Shown: positions 20,217-35,398, numbered from the stretch's first letter. The stretch: DNA of 64,000 nucleotides from Azolla caroliniana (GCA_043228905.1 JBHGNT010000017.1:868001-932000), one strand, 5' to 3'. Notes: generated from the sequence alone by a model not told the origin. Numbers and translations are program-made.

Positions 20217-23200
20217 TGTTGACAATCAAACTCAACTTCCCTAGTGTGTGAACACCCCACCACCTACTATAGTAACTAGTGTGTCATAGAATCTTGTAGT
20301 TCTATGACACATATTTAGCATAGTTAAGACTCCGCCTCTCTTTAGTTAAGTGGTGGTTGTAGAAAGAGAATAGTGGGAAGGTAACTATATAAGTGCTCTC
20401 TCACCTCCCTTGTAATTGTTGTTGGTTACTCTTGTATTCTACTCCTTGTTAATACAGTTTTTTACTTGTGTTTTCTATATACGTTGAGTTCTCTCTATTT
20501 CTCTCCTTCTCAACAAACACATATCACTTTTGTTGCACATAATCACTCTCATTTCTTTACATGGTATCAAAGCGATTGGTATCCTGATCCAAACTTATCT
20601 GTATGTGTTGTGTCTCAGTCTACATTCACGAAGAACCGGTCGATCATTGTAGCAGCAATCTGCACAGTTCATATATTCACAGATCAGAAGAAGAAGACTC
20701 CAGATGAATACTCAGATGGGAAGCATTCTTCCTATCGAGAAACTGACAAAAACAATTTTGCGTCTTGCCAGGAATACAAGATCCACCAATACCTTGTCGG
20801 CCAAGCCTATTGGGGCTACATCGAAGGAGCACAAGAAACGTAACCCAACCTGACACACGCCGACTACCCAGCCTGGGAGTAGGCTACGAGCCGTGTGTTA
20901 TACTAGTTTGCATCATGCATACATGATCACATACTCGGCTATAATCGAGAGGAAAAAATGTCGAAGGCAACATGGGGGAACCTCAAGAAAATCTCTGCGG
21001 TCAATACGGCTACTCGCAAGCTTCAACTCCGTCAAGAGTTTAACAGTATTCAACAGAGGGACGTGTCAATCGACAGCTACACCTTGAAGATCAAGGAGTT
21101 GTGCAACACCCTCGGGTCAATCAATGTTAGCATTGACGACGAAGAAATGGTGCAGATATGTGTCAGAGGCTTGGCACCTCGGTTCGGCGCAATAAGGTCG
21201 ACCGTTCTCGTAAGAGAGAATCCTCCCTCCTTTTTCGATCTTCGGTCAATGTTACTAGTCGACGAAAACCATGTCCGAATGAGGAGTAATGTGCAAGAGA
21301 GACACGTGCTCTATTCGAACTTGAATGGAGGAAGAGGACAAGGTCATGGCAGAAGAGGTTGATTCAGGCAAGGCCGACACAACCAAGGGCAATCCCATGA
21401 GCACAACTTCTACTATCGACAAGATGTCACGAACACGCGAAGAGGAGCCATGGGTAGAAGGGGGACCAATCATGTTGGACGCAGCCAAAAGAACAACTCC
21501 GTCCAATGCGAATATTGTGGCAAATTCGGCCACTACGAGGCAAAGTGCCGGAAAAAAAAAAGTGAAACAGCATTCATGAGCTGACGACTCACAAATTACG
21601 CCTCAAATTCCGACTACGACGATCGTGGTGGAATGTTCCTGATGCGGCATAGAGCAAATTCGATGACAGAATCGTGTTCAACCAGCACATCCAGTTCCGT
21701 AGATGTATGGTTTGTCAATTCGGGTGTGTCAAATCATATGATGTTTCATGCAGATTGGTTTCGAGAACTCTGAAAACCCGATTGACCCGGCTATGTTGAA
21801 ACTGGGGATGACACAATACACCCCATTCAGCATGTTGGCAATGTCTCGTTCGGCGAAGAGGGCAATCAAACCTATATCAAAAATGTCTTGCATGTTCCAA
21901 CAATAACAAAGAATCTGGTCTCGGACGGCCAGATCGTGGTACAAGGCATGCAAGTTCAGTTCAACGATGGAGGATGCTTCATCGAAAAGGAAGGTCAAAT
22001 TATCTCTCGTGGTCGAAGAGAAGGCCGAATGTTCATCCTCAACTCTCACGAGATGAAATCGACAATGTATGCCAAGGGTTGTAAAGCCAACACCGACATA
22101 GAGTTGTGGTACAAACGAATCACCCACATCAATCTCCAAAAGCTCAAAGGGATGCAGTCGAAAGGAGTCATCATCGGACTCCCGACTTTTACCGAAAAGG
22201 AGATGGCAAGTGTATGCGAAGCCTGCCAATTCGGCAAACAACATCGACAACCGTTCCCGAAAGAGAGGAACGTGAGTAAAGGGACCCTGGATGTAGTACA
22301 TTCAGATGTATGGGGACCAACCAAGATGGCAACATTCAGTGGTTGTCGATATTATGTCACATTCATCGACGACTTCTCCAAGCATAACTAGATTTACCCT
22401 ATGCGGCAAAAGAGTGAAGCGTTTGGACACTTCCAAAAGTTTAAGAATGAAGTTGAAAAGGCAACCGGTCGGCATGTCTGATGCCTTCGATCGGACAGTG
22501 GCAAGAAGTATTTCTTTGATGCCTTCACAACATACCTTCGACAAGAAGGAATTCGACGAGAATTTCGTTACCGACATATATTGGAGGTGGCTAGAGCAAT
22601 GATGAAGGAAAAGAACTTGCCGAAATCATATTGGGCTAAAGCAACGAACACGGTCGTCTATCTAATGAACTGGTGCACATCTCGAGTCCACGATATCACC
22701 CCCTACGAAAACTTTTATGGAAAGAAGTCAAACTTATCCCACATTAGGATATTCGGCTCGATCACATTCGTACATATTCCCGATGAAAAGCAACAAAAGC
22801 TCGATCCGAAATTGGAGAAGTGTATCCTTGTGAGGTACTCACTTGAACAAAAAGGGCACAAGTGCTTCGACACATCTACCAAAAAGGTACGAGTGAGTAG
22901 GGATGTCGTATTCGATGAATCGGCATCCTGGTACTTGGTCGACTCGGCTCCATCCGATCATCCAATCGAAACCGATTTCTATATAAACTCGGAGTGGACC
23001 ACAAGAGCCCTCGAGCGACCAAAACACGTCATGGTCGAGTCCAAAGATGGAGAAAGGGAAGGCAAAAATTCCTGAGTATGAACACTCAAATAGGAATAGA
23101 ATCAGAACAGTGAGTTTAGTGGTTTAGATTTGTCAAAGCCGAGACAGTGCACACAAAGACTAATGAAACACTCTGTCGCGCCACCCGAGAAAAGAACATA

Positions 23201-24430
23201 GTCAGATGATTCGGCTACAATGACTACATGGCATATCATTATGCCTTTATGATGAAGGTGGCAACAGTCCGAGAGCCGAAAACATTTTTCGAAACCACCA
23301 AGGACTCATGATGGGTCGAAGCGATGAATGTGGAGATGCAAGAGCTCTGCAAAAACGAGAGTTGGGATCTCGTTCCCTCTTCACCCCACCAGAAGGCAAT
23401 CGGTTGTTGATGGATATTTAAGGTGAAGCAGAATGTCGACGACACCTTCAATCGATATAAAGCTCGGCTTGAGGCAAAAGGGTATGCACATACACACGGG
23501 GTCAATTACAAAGAGACCTTTGCCCCTGTGGCAAAGATGACTACCATTCGAACCGTGATCGCACTTGCAGTAGCAAAAGGGTGGCACCTCCACCAAATGG
23601 ATGTAAAGAACGCCTTCCTACAATGTGAGTTGCACGAGGAGGTGTACATGGTGCAACCACCTGGATTCGAGTCGAGTATGCATCCGACTGATGTCTGCCG
23701 ACTCAAAAAGCCTCTCTACGGTCTCAAGCAAGCACCAAGAGCATGGTACTCGAAGATAACCTAATATATTCACCAAATCGGTCTTAAAATGTCCAAGTCT
23801 GATAATTCTCTGTTCATTCAAAACAATTCCAGAGGATAGCTATTCATCATAATTTATGTAGACGACTTGGTCATTGGAGGAGAGCACCTCGGGGACATCG
23901 AACATACCAAAAGTCTACTCTTCGGTCGATTCGAAATTACCGATATGAAGGAGCTTCATTACTTTCTAGGAATAGAAGTAATTCGGACCCCCGATGGTAT
24001 CCTAATCTCTCAAAGACAAGTCTATATCCTCAATCTTCTCTTCAAGTTTGGGATGACAGAGTGTAAGTTTGTAGCAACCCCCCTCGATCGCAATAAGAAG
24101 ATCGATGCCGACTTTGGAACTAAAGTATGCAAGCCAACCCAGTATGTCAACTGGTTAGCAACTTAATTTATCTCTCCGTCACTCAGCCTGATCTAAGTTA
24201 TTCAGTTGGTCCCCTTAGCCAGTTCATGCAGACACCACGAAACATCCACCTAGACTACGCTAAGCGAGTATAATTACGCTATGTGAGTGGGACGATGGAT
24301 TTTGGTATTCTCTACAAATCGGGGAATTTGATTTGACTCAAAGGATATACCGATGCCAATTGGGCCGGTTACAAAGCTGATAGGCGATCCACATCCAGAT
24401 TCGTCTTCTCACTCAGCAACGGTGTCATGA
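20217..24430 (+). mobile_element. Copia element C: 5' LTR 20217-20561, PBS, degenerate gag-pol, truncated in RNase H
   Basis: TGTTGAC...TTACA followed by TGGTATCAAAGC. ORFs contain VHSDVWGP, KLDPK, YKARL, CRLKKPLYGLKQAPR and IYVDD; many stops; no 3' LTR seen. Confidence 0.88.
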
Positions 24431-24624
24431 AGATTTCCGGCTACAGTGAGAAAACCGGATGGAACGGGCAAAGTCGTCGATGTGTAACATGTGCACATGT
24501 ATATTAGGAAATGTGTATAAGGTAATAGGGCAGGAATTATCCCACATTGTAACGCTAATGACTTTCCAAGTTTTACTAAGTACTGAAAGAAGGGAACCTT
24601 TATGGTTTGTTCCCCCAAGGACGT

Positions 24625-24970
24625 ATTCTTCATGTTTCCACATCAACCATCTCGCCGATTACCACCAAAATCTTGTACCTACAATAACAAAATGAGTATA
24701 GATTCCTCATCTCTACCCCATGAGAATATGCTTTGGCCCCCACACCATCATCACTCATATTTATCAAAAACATAAAATATGCTTCATTAAGTCCACATCA
24801 ACCATCTCGCTCTCGCCGATTACCACCAAAATCTTGTACCTACAAAAACAAAATGAGTCTATTCTCCTTATGAAAATATGCTTCAGCCCTGACACCATCA
24901 TCACTTATCCTTATTGGAATATGCTTCATTTTCCGCATCAGCCATCTCGTCAATTACCGCCAAAATCCGA
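24625..24970. repeat. Degenerate ~150-bp tandem repeat (~2.3 units)
   Basis: CATCAACCATCTCG..GATTACCACCAAAATC at ~24641, ~24796 and ~24936. Confidence 0.75.
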
Positions 24971-25017
24971 TGTACATCAATTGACCATTCCAATATGCCA
25001 CAACTACCTCCTCCATA

Positions 25018-25582
25018 TTAACTCATGTTGTTTGCATTAAGAACGGCGTCGGTGGTGGGAACAACCAATGATGTGGAACTTAGTTCCACTTAACATCAAC
25101 ACCTGCATCTAACATGATAGGAATAGACAACCAGACTTGTCAAATTCTCCTTCTTTTCCAGTTAGTTGCATTTCTATAAACCTTACAGCTATCATAATCA
25201 CCTTTTAACTCATGTTGTTTGCATTAAGAACGACGTCGATGGTGGTAACAACCAATGATGTGGAGCGTAGTTCCACTTAACATCAACACATGCATCCAAC
25301 ATGATAAGAATAGAAGACCAGACTTGTCGAATTCTCCTTCTTTTCCAGTTAGTTGTATTTCCATAAACCTTACAACTATCATAATCACCTTTTAATTCAT
25401 GTTGTTGCATTAACAACGGCATTGGTGGTGGGAACAACCAATGATGTGGAACGTAGTTCCACTTAACATCAACACCTGCATCCAACATGATAGGAATAGA
25501 CGATCAGACTTGTCAAATTCTCCTTCTTTTCCAATTAGTTGTATTTCCATAAACCTTACAACTATCATAATCACCTTTTAAC
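25018..25582. repeat. 187-bp tandem repeat x3 at the LINE ORF2 3' end
   Basis: TTAACTCATGTTGTTTGCATTAAGAACG..ATCATAATCACCTT at ~25018, ~25205 and ~25392. Confidence 0.9.
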
Positions 25583-27000
25583 TGTATATACCAATGAGTC
25601 CCATAAGGACTTAACCTAATCCACAACATGAGTTTTTTCATCATTGTATAGCTTGGAACATCTAGATTTCCAAAGAACCCATAAAGCCAAAGAGGAGACA
25701 ATTTGCCAAACATAACTCCGCGAGAAGAACTTGATTCCCTACAAGGAACTTGAAGTAGAGTACACCTAAAAACTTCTCACATGTAAAGTCAAGGAAGAAT
25801 GATGATAATGATAAAAGGTCATTTGTTGATCCAACATTCCCCAGAAGACTACACCCCACGTGAAAATAAACGACGTGTACTTACGACCTAGAAGCCTAAG
25901 AATTCGAAACCAAAAACTTTTAGCTACAACACATTCCCAAAATACATGATGCAAAGTCTCAGATGCAGACCCACACATAACACGTGATTGATCAGGCATT
26001 GATCCCCGCAGTAAGTCTCCTACAAGCAATGTGTAATGAATCATCAACCATTGAAAATGCAATACCTTGTTCATACACTTAATCGACCAAAATGGTTTCC
26101 AGAACATCACCATATGAGAAGATGACACATTACCTTCCCCCCAATACTTTTTTCCAGCAAGTACCGACTCAATTTGATTCTACAAAAAGTTTTTACCAAA
26201 CACCATAGAATATGTGAAGAATGGAAGGACCTTCGTTTGCAAAGTGTCAGACATGGACAACTTCCAACCATAATCAAATGGATCCCACTACATATCAACA
26301 ATTGGTATACAGTGTAAAACCCAAATATGAGATGAGTTGTTAGCAATTAATGGATTAGGATCGATAAAAAAAAAATTATGTAATCTAACAATTATTTGCA
26401 CTGGCAAATGATTTGCAGAAGTATTATATGGCCATGTCATCCTTAGTCCATTAACTTTGGGTCTATGCTTTTACGCCATGCAAACAACATTCCAAACGAC
26501 ATATTTCACTACAAAGTTCATCTACACTACACTCAAATGGATACCACAAGCTACCTATTTTTATGACACAAAGACATTGGACCAAACTCTCGTTATTTCC
26601 TCGTATTTTTAATGGTGTAGTCTACTTGCAAAAGTTTGGAATGGCTTCTTACATGGTAGGTTAGAATTGTCATGTGGAGTCTAACATATGAAAAGTAAAT
26701 ATTCCCCTCCCACATAAGGTATTACAACTTGATTAGGTTGGGCAATGTTTACTACATCATTTATACAATTGACTCTCGGTATGGCATATTACTTCCTTTG
26801 ATACATTGATTAACCATTTTGGAAATAGTGAGTGTCAAAGCCACCAGAAACCTTTAACTATGTACGCACGTCAAGCAATGAGTGTGGGTATCTTTTGCTC
26901 ACCAATTGTGCTGCTAAGAAATATTGGAATGAGATTGATGACACAAACATCCAAAAAGTTTGTACCCATCTTTCCATAATGATGAGGCTTATTGGTGACA
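25018..27000 (-). mobile_element. L1-type LINE relic (ORF2 C-terminal part with zf-RVT)
   Basis: CGSASETLHHVFWECVVAKSFW zinc-finger motif in ORF 25766-26128; WKSRC motif downstream. Boundaries approximate. Confidence 0.7.
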
Positions 27001-27699
27001 TGTAATCTTGACTTTTAGTAGTAGCAAGCTATTGGTTCGACAAGTCTAGTTTGAAAACTGGTTATAAAGCCTATATTCAAAGGTTTTAAAAAGATAGTCA
27101 TTTTAATATTATTCTTATTACTTTTGAAAACAAATGTGTTGAACTTATCTAGCAACACATATCTTCTTAAACAATAATTGTTTAGAGAAACTTAGTTTGA
27201 AAAACATTGGCCTTAAGGACTTATTTAATGAGATTAATGTCCAGGATACAAAATAAAAAAGCATATCAACATGTTTGTAAGTATGTCTATATGCTTGTTG
27301 GATTCAAAATCCGAAATTCAGTACAAAAAGTGCATGCATAGGCGTTATCGTGTGCACGAGCATTGCCTTTTAAAATATGTTTACAATGTTTACAAGCATA
27401 GAGTGAAACTTTGTACAAAATGCACTATGCTAAACCATCTTTTCAATCTTTAGCTTACTAAATTTTGTTTCATCTTCTAGCCGAATGAGGTTACTAAGAT
27501 GCCCTTTTTTCTCCATATACTATTTTGTGTTATTGTCACGTTTCCTATCCATTTCTTAGTGTATATATCTAAGAAACAAGTGACTCCCACTTTTGTGTTC
27601 TTCATTTGTGAGTGTCACACAATCTTTTGCATAATCTAACTTAGAAGCTAATTATCTGGGTTGGGTGTCTTAACCATTACTATGACTTTTCTTGATAAT

Positions 27700-29750
27700 G
27701 TCTCTATATTGCAATGTTGGAACTATGTTTCTCAACCCCATAAGACATCAGAAAGACCAAGACATCTCCTTTCTTATAAATGTTTCGATGTCAAGAATGT
27801 GTGTTGCCCCATGTATATATGTCATAGTCAAAAAATGTGAACATGTCCTTAGCCTTATATACAATATATATGCATTGAAATTACAAATTCATGTAAGATT
27901 ATGAATCTAGACCAATTTCTTTTAAATAAATAATTGAAGATGCTTTCAATTATAATGTTAAATGCATTTACGAATGTGAAGATACACAATTTCGAGACAT
28001 GAAATTAGACAGGGAAATGACATATTAAGCAAGAAATTTACTTTGTTTTCTCTAGTTTGACCATGAACCTAGAAGCTTAGATAAAACATCGTTAGTCTAA
28101 TAAGTTTTTAAACCTCAACTTGCTTGGGGGGAATATTACATTATTACATTGAAAACAATTGCATTTCTTGGCTATCTCTCCCCCATCCCTAGTGTATCGT
28201 GATCCTCTTCCCCATGCCATATTATAAACTTATGCCTTGTCATTGGATAGTGCATACTTGGTTGGTTGAGTTATGTGGCCCACACTTGCTACACACATGA
28301 CCTCTTTAGCCACCTCACAAATATGATTAGCATTCATATGAAACCTTGAAGCTCTCATTTGATCAATTCCAATCAAAAGACTTGGTTGCACTAATCCCTC
28401 TCAAGATTGTGTTGCTTGTAACACCTTCATGTGATGGGCATTTAGTGTTAGTCTCACCTTCGAGGCAAGATCATGATTTTTGGTTTTCTCAATTATGTGC
28501 AAATGTACCTATGTTTACTGTTGTGTGAGTAACATTTACAATTCATGATTGTTATATATTGTTCTCGAGAAAGGCTCATCGTGGGGCAAAAGATACCATC
28601 CTCAAATACCTTTAATAAGGCACAACATCAAAAGGGAAAAATATGCCACGCTTTTGACTTAAGGAGTCTTGAGCACGTAAAGATGAGTGTGATTAGTGCA
28701 AGTTCACATATTATTACTTTTGCCCAAAACAATTTTGATCATGCTACCATCAACATATAATCTCCATGTTAAACCCCGACAATAAAAAACAATATTGTCT
28801 CAAAAAAAGAGTTTCCTGAAAGCGTTTTGTAAAGTCATGAATCAACGACAAGAACTTGTAGGCCCATTTTGATGTCACAAGAATATATGCACATTGACAA
28901 AGTATAGAGCAAACAAATAAACAATTCATTGGTATAACAATAGATCCAATAGTACATGAAGCTATATGCACGAACACAATGATGAAAGCACATGGAATTT
29001 AACAAAAGAAGACAAATATTTTATAATTTCACCTCAAAGTTGAGTAATCACAATCTCATATGCATATGGCAAGGCCAACTATTTAGGGGTTGAGGGCGGA
29101 TGTCATTCTATGTAACTATAAAATTTGTAAAAGTGAGACGATTACTACCATCATTTAGGTTCACTAGAACACAATGGGTCTTTGGTGACCCTTTTTGCAA
29201 CAAAAAAACTAGTCCCACAATTTAAGCATTTTTATTGTCAAGTATCTATGTTGTCAAATATTGTCAAGTAAATCTATGCCAAATTTTTTGATAACGATTG
29301 CCTATAAAGTTCTCATTCAAAATTCCATGCATAGTGCTTTGGTTGGCCTCCTGATAATACATCAGAACATCATCAGATTCATCTTTGTCTCTCTCTTACA
29401 TACAAAAGGAGAAACATCAAAATTGATAAATCAATCACTATCAAATGAGATGTTCAGATGATATACCTCTTTGGTGTCCCAAAGGGTAGATGATCAAAGA
29501 ATACATCGAAAATCACGAAAACATGGTTTTCCATCAGGTTGGGTGTCACATATTTGAAAATAGTTCGTACTTGGACAAGGATGTCTATAAGATCCATTTG
29601 AACAGAAATGAGTTTGATATCATCAATTTCAAATGCGTGAATGTGTGTCATGAGAAGAGCTTTAAGTGGATATTGTGAGCATGTTAACAATACTTGGTTG
29701 GCATATTATATCAATCTAAAATAGGGTCCTGTTCATGAGGCAATATTACA
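27700..29750 (-). mobile_element. Very degenerate Ty3/gypsy (Tat-like) pol relic
   Basis: On the - strand: RT-like YPL..MDL..LPFG (29690-29454), then WRLYVDGS (28766-28743, additional RNase H motif), then GMGRD integrase-zinc-finger-like text near 28190. Confidence 0.5.
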
Positions 29751-32100
29751 CATGCTTAGAATTGACAACATTATAGGGCATGCCGACTTTGTAACATCAA
29801 AATTAGTCGAAGATGAGGGACATATATTATACCAAGATTGCTTGAGATTCAAACCTATCAAGAGCATAGTTTCCTTCTATTTTCACAAAGAACGATGAGT
29901 TCGCAATTAAGCTCTCGAAGAATAAACCAAATCTAGGTAGAGCTCTCATTGACAAGTTTGATTGAGCTACATATGACAAAGAAATTAACTCACAATTTAT
30001 GCATTTCTTATAGAATCTCTTAAATATTTTGCATTACCCTCATATCATACCATACCTCTTTGGGCGCTCCTAATAACGTCTACGAATATAGAAAAAAATT
30101 CAAAAAGTTTATAATATTTGCTAATTCAGTTATACTCAAAAACCACTATGGTTTATTCTCACATAAGCAATATTGATATTACTTATTGTTTTCTATAATA
30201 GTAAAACAATTGCCGTAGCCAAAATCAACAATATCTTGAAGTTACATGAAATAGGGACAAACTAAAGGAATTACTTTCACATACGTTCGGGAGTCATAAG
30301 AAGAATTCAAAGCGCGAATGAAAACAAATACAATATGAAAGGTTGTAACTTGTGTGTGATAAAAAAAGCAAACACTTCAAATCCCACAAAATTGAGCCAA
30401 AATAACCATGATAGATTTAAATGGCAAACCACCTCTAGTGCAATTCACAGGAAACCCTCTTGTACAGTTTGTTAAAAAAGCAAATTAGTGGCATCTCATT
30501 GATAGAAAGTCAATTTGGGTTTTCCAACCTTTTATAGTTACCTATGATGAGTTTGATTTACCAATAACCATGATTAGAGTTATAATATGTTAACCATTTC
30601 CGTCACCTAAATGTTTGATAGAAATGAACAAAGTATAATGCTAGGGAAAAGCACACAGAAATAAAGAGACTCGTAACACAATGTGAAAAGGTTCAACAAC
30701 ATTGTAAAAGCTATAAAAGAAGCAATCTTTTTACCTTTTCCTTCAGGTTTGGTAAACATGAGCAAGAACTTAAGTCTCTCTTGCCATTTGTATCTCTCAC
30801 TAGTTATAATCTTAATTAATTTAAGTTAACTTCCCTAATAACCCAAACATCAAGCCTTAATCTTTAAGTGTTTGGGCCCATGTTTGTAACTCTTGAAGAG
30901 TATAAATTTCCTATCCCTCAATTGAGTGTTTTGTTGCTTTCCTTGATTGTCTTGTTAAGCATTTTAATATTAATATTTAAGTGAATAAGCATGTTAGATT
31001 AAGCCTCACCCCTTGAGAGTGCGTTTGATTAGTGTCACGTTTAGAGTTTGCTTGCTTGTTTATTGATATTTTCTAGTAGGTTTGGAATGTGGATTGACAA
31101 TAACTTCTGGTTGTCTTACCAATAATAGATGAGTAGATGTTGTCCAAGCTCCATAGATATTACACCAACATTTGAACATACGATAGAGGCTAACCTATAC
31201 AATACAAGAACTAGAAATAAAATCACCACACTCCAACACATTGTATGAAATCTAATACGAGAAAGAAAGTGTGATATAAAGCCCATTACAACAAGGAAAG
31301 CCAATTAAAAATGTCTTGCACCTCCAATGAACACAAAATCTAATGAGCGCACCCGTTACCAAAATGTCTAGACTTCCTCCAATGGGCAATAAAATCAACG
31401 GATAAGGGTGCCTCATCCTACTATCATAGACACGAAAGAAAGAAAGAAATATCAGCATCTATCATATACCAAAATTAGCCTATGAGACATGTAAAGAATC
31501 GATGATTCTCAACCAGACAAATCATGAATACAAATATGGGTGATAAAAAAGCAAAAATAAAAGCTCTAAGTTTCCAAAAGTTCTATGATCACTTCCTTAG
31601 TGCATGTGGTGAATGATGTTTGAGATGATTTATGCACACGAAATGAATAGGTAATATGAATGAGAGAATTGGCAATTAAGGCTTGTAGCAAGGGTTAGTT
31701 GGTGCTATGAAATATCCATATGAAGAGGTTTAACAAGTGCATTTGGCTGTCCATGTGTGGATTGAACATGGTGAGCAATGATGTCCATGATCTCATGATA
31801 GTTTGACCCATATGCCTCATATAAAAGTACTCACAATCTCCATTGTTGTCGACATTCACCTTCTCTCTCTATTATGACTCCTCAATATGTGATGTTGTTT
31901 ATGTAGGTAAAGAGCTATGGAAGAAATAGGTGATGCTTGATTGTCATTGCATTTTTATGCTAATGTGATGCTTGATTTCCTATATGCTTTATAAGCTTGT
32001 GCCAAATTTGGCTAAATTGTTGTGGGTCAACCTTCTCCATAGTTTATTGCGTGGTTGTGGAGCCCACAAGAGCTGGACGGGACACTTCTTGAAATGATTA

Positions 32101-32460
32101 TGATCAAGGATAAAACAGTAAAATTCATATCTAAGACACAAACATAAAGCAAAGACACACGATTTACGTGGAAACCCTAAAACCAGATAAAACCACTAGG
32201 CACTGGGCCAGGAAGATCCCACTATAGTTCAAGAGTATACAAATAAAATTACAAGACTCCCTAGCATACTAGGGTGAAATCCAAATCCCAGAGAATACCA
32301 CAATACTACAAAGGAGGCAAAGCTCACACAATAGTAGTACAATAAATGGCAATATCTGTTTTGGTATAGGTGTACTCCTAGGTCGTCGTTTGAAACGTCG
32401 ACTAGGGTTTCAACCATAGTTGTGGGCTAACTAAGGCGAGTCACCGCGTTCTACATCAAT
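32101..32460 (-). mobile_element. Copia LTR fragment (U5 side)
   Basis: Starts TGATCAA; GACACACGATTTACGTGGAAACCC matches LTR-B GACACACGATTTAACGTGGAAAACCC. No TSD found. Confidence 0.5.
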
Positions 32461-32767
32461 ATGGTTCATCATACCTCATGTGACATTACAGGAGTTGCAA
32501 GTTGGAGAATAGGTAAAAGGAAAAGAAGTGTAACTGTTATCATTATGGAGCTAGAGGACATGGTCACATTCGAATGGAGGATGACATTCTACATTCACTA
32601 CATATACAATGTCTCATGTCATCTTTTTTTTTGTCTTTCACTACCCTTATTTGTGGTTTTCATATGTCATCATGGCTAGAGCCATTGTAATGTTTTCAGC
32701 CTAATCATTTCGTCATCTATGCAGAATTTCTACTAACAAAGAATAAATTTTCAAGAAAAAAAAATAC

Positions 32768-33020
32768 TTATGACATACGAACAATTTGTAATATCACATG
32801 ACCTATAGGTTTATTATTGCATTGCTACCACGGTACAATTAGATGCATATCCCTCGTATATCATTGCACTCAATATATTATGTGTGGTGTGAACTATATA
32901 AGTTTATGACACATGAACAATTTGTACTATCACATTACCTATAAGTTTATTATTGCATTGTTACCATGGTACAATTGGATACATGTCCCACATATATCAT
33001 TGCACTCAATATGTTATGTT
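32768..33020. repeat. Tandem duplication, ~136-bp period
   Basis: TTATGACA..GAACAATTTGTA..TTTATTATTGCATTG..TATCATTGCACTCAATAT occurs twice. Confidence 0.85.
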
Positions 33021-35280
33021 GGTTTCATATAAATCCTTTTTGTTAAGGAGATATTTATAGTCTGGAAAAGGCATTATGTATTTGTCTTGCTTCTCTAAAG
33101 GGGCTAAACGACTTTTTTATGAATATCACTCTTAATGTCTTGCCATGATTTTGTATGTGTAAACATGAGGCAAGTCCACATACATTTCCATGTGATATAT
33201 GTGTGCATATGTATGAATCCATGTGTATTTGTATGAACATGGGTGTTCTGGAAGTGTGAAGATTGGAGTGAGTGGTTTAGTTATTATACTTATTTAATTC
33301 AAGGAATAAAACTTAAGATTGATACATTCAAGTATTGGGATAGACTTAATATGACACCATCTTTTGTCAAGAGGAGGGCAAAATAACACAAATAACCTTT
33401 TGCGACTAGTTTGAAACCTAAATCTTGGAGTACTTGTCAAAAAAAGAAAAGACAACACTAAAACAACAACTAGAGCTAGAAAAAATAGGAGGAGAAATAA
33501 ATGGGAAATGTTGAAAGGGCCCGATAGAGTTGCTAGAGCATTTGAGAATATGAAAGGCTCCATATCCCACCTAAAAATGTAAGGCCGATGAGTGATCATG
33601 GAGTGTACAAGATGTGGAAAAGACCCAAAGTAGAGCACATGCAAAATCGATTGGGTGCATGACCAAGTTTGGGGCATCATAGGATAATAAGAAACAATCG
33701 AAGACCAACTTTAGAACACTTGGAATGTTGCAAGAGCCCAAGGCCAACTCTAGAGAACTTGAGGATGTAGTAATGGTTAGAAGCAACTCATAGAACTTGA
33801 GAATTTGGAAGAAAAACCAGAATCAAGTTTGGAACATGAGAGAATGAGAAGAGGATGAAAACAAATTCAAAATCACTTGAGAATGTGGGCGATGCAAGTT
33901 TGATTATCTAGAGCACAAGAATGCGAAAAGGCTTAGGATCACGTCTCCAACACCTAAACATGAGAATGCACGAATGGCTTACAACAATCTTAGAGTGCTT
34001 GAACAATTGAAAGGGCATAGGGTCATGCCTAGAGTACCTAGTGAAGAGGCAATGATAACTCGAATTGAAAGCGTGATACATTAGGGCTGAAATACACATA
34101 GAATGGTGTCACATCAAGTCATGGATCAAAAAGCCAAAAACGAGAAGAAAATGACCCATGTTTGAGGATGTCAAAGGACACTACAATGACAAAGAAAAAA
34201 GGTCAAGAAATGCTTGAGAGAAGCCATGGAGAAAATGAACAACCATAAGAGCTAATGAACAACATATGAAAGCTAATTCATGATTGACTTGCAAAAAGGC
34301 AATTGTAGCTCAATTGTTAAGGTTATGTAGCAAAAACTAAAGACGCTTACTAAAGGTCTAATTATATGATTTATTAAAGAGGTGTGAAAGTTGAGCCTTG
34401 AACCCAAGGGTTGGCTTGTGTTGGTAGTCTAATTACAACAACAAAAAATAGAAGACATAAATTAAGAAAACTAACGGAGTTTGTGAGCCCATGGGAGGGA
34501 GTACCCAGGATATAGAGACATACAATGTGGCTGGAGGGATAGACAACAATGGAAGAGACCATGTAAATCGAGGATGAATGCTTTCTATATCATGTGCATG
34601 AATGATTTCATAGAGAATCAACCGACTTGCTCATGGAATACTACGAGGATGGATTTGCATGGTCCTGCACACATAAGGAGCACATAAACGTAAGGCGGAG
34701 GAGGGTAGGACGAGACAAGCAAGAAACCATAGGTGGAAGGAAATCAATATTTAGAACCTCGGCTATGTGAAACAAACAGAGATGGAAATCAATAAGTTAG
34801 TACTAAATGGATTTACATGACCAACAAAGGCCGCACACTCGGATAGATATATCGTATTTAGAGCCTCACAAATGGGTGGGCAAAAAAACGGGACAAGTCG
34901 AGAAGAAGAGCCCCCCCCCCCCCCCCCCCCCCAAAGCATCTCAATGTACATATTGTGTGAAGAAACAAACAATAACTGCACACCATAACCAAAAACAGCA
35001 ATTTGGAGCCTAATTTATTAATTATTTTTTGATACGAATATTGTGAAATGCACATAATAATTTAGTTTTCATGGAGGCTAATTTATTTTAGTTTAATTAT
35101 TGCTTTGATGCTCATATAATTTAGTTTTCATGGAGGCTAATGTATTTTAGTTTAAATTATTTCTTTGATACAATGTAATGTAATATATACATAATTTAGT
35201 TTTTCATGGAGGCAATCTGAGGTCTCTGAGTCAGTTGGGGGAGAGGCATTTGATTGGGTTGGACGAATTATATAAATATA

Positions 35281-35398
35281 TCATATATATATATATATGT
35301 ATATATATATACATATAACAAAACGATGAAGAAGAAGCAGAAGAAGAAGAGAGAGAGAGAGAGAGAAAGAAGCCCAGAAACATACATACATACATAAA

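Noticed and set aside
33300-34400. Possible gag relic (ECTRCGK)
   Set aside because: Too degraded to assign.
34635-34690. Weak resemblance to U6 snRNA (GATTTGCATGGTCCTGC)
   Set aside because: No ACAGAGA box, gapped low identity, and a similar word recurs at 34807.
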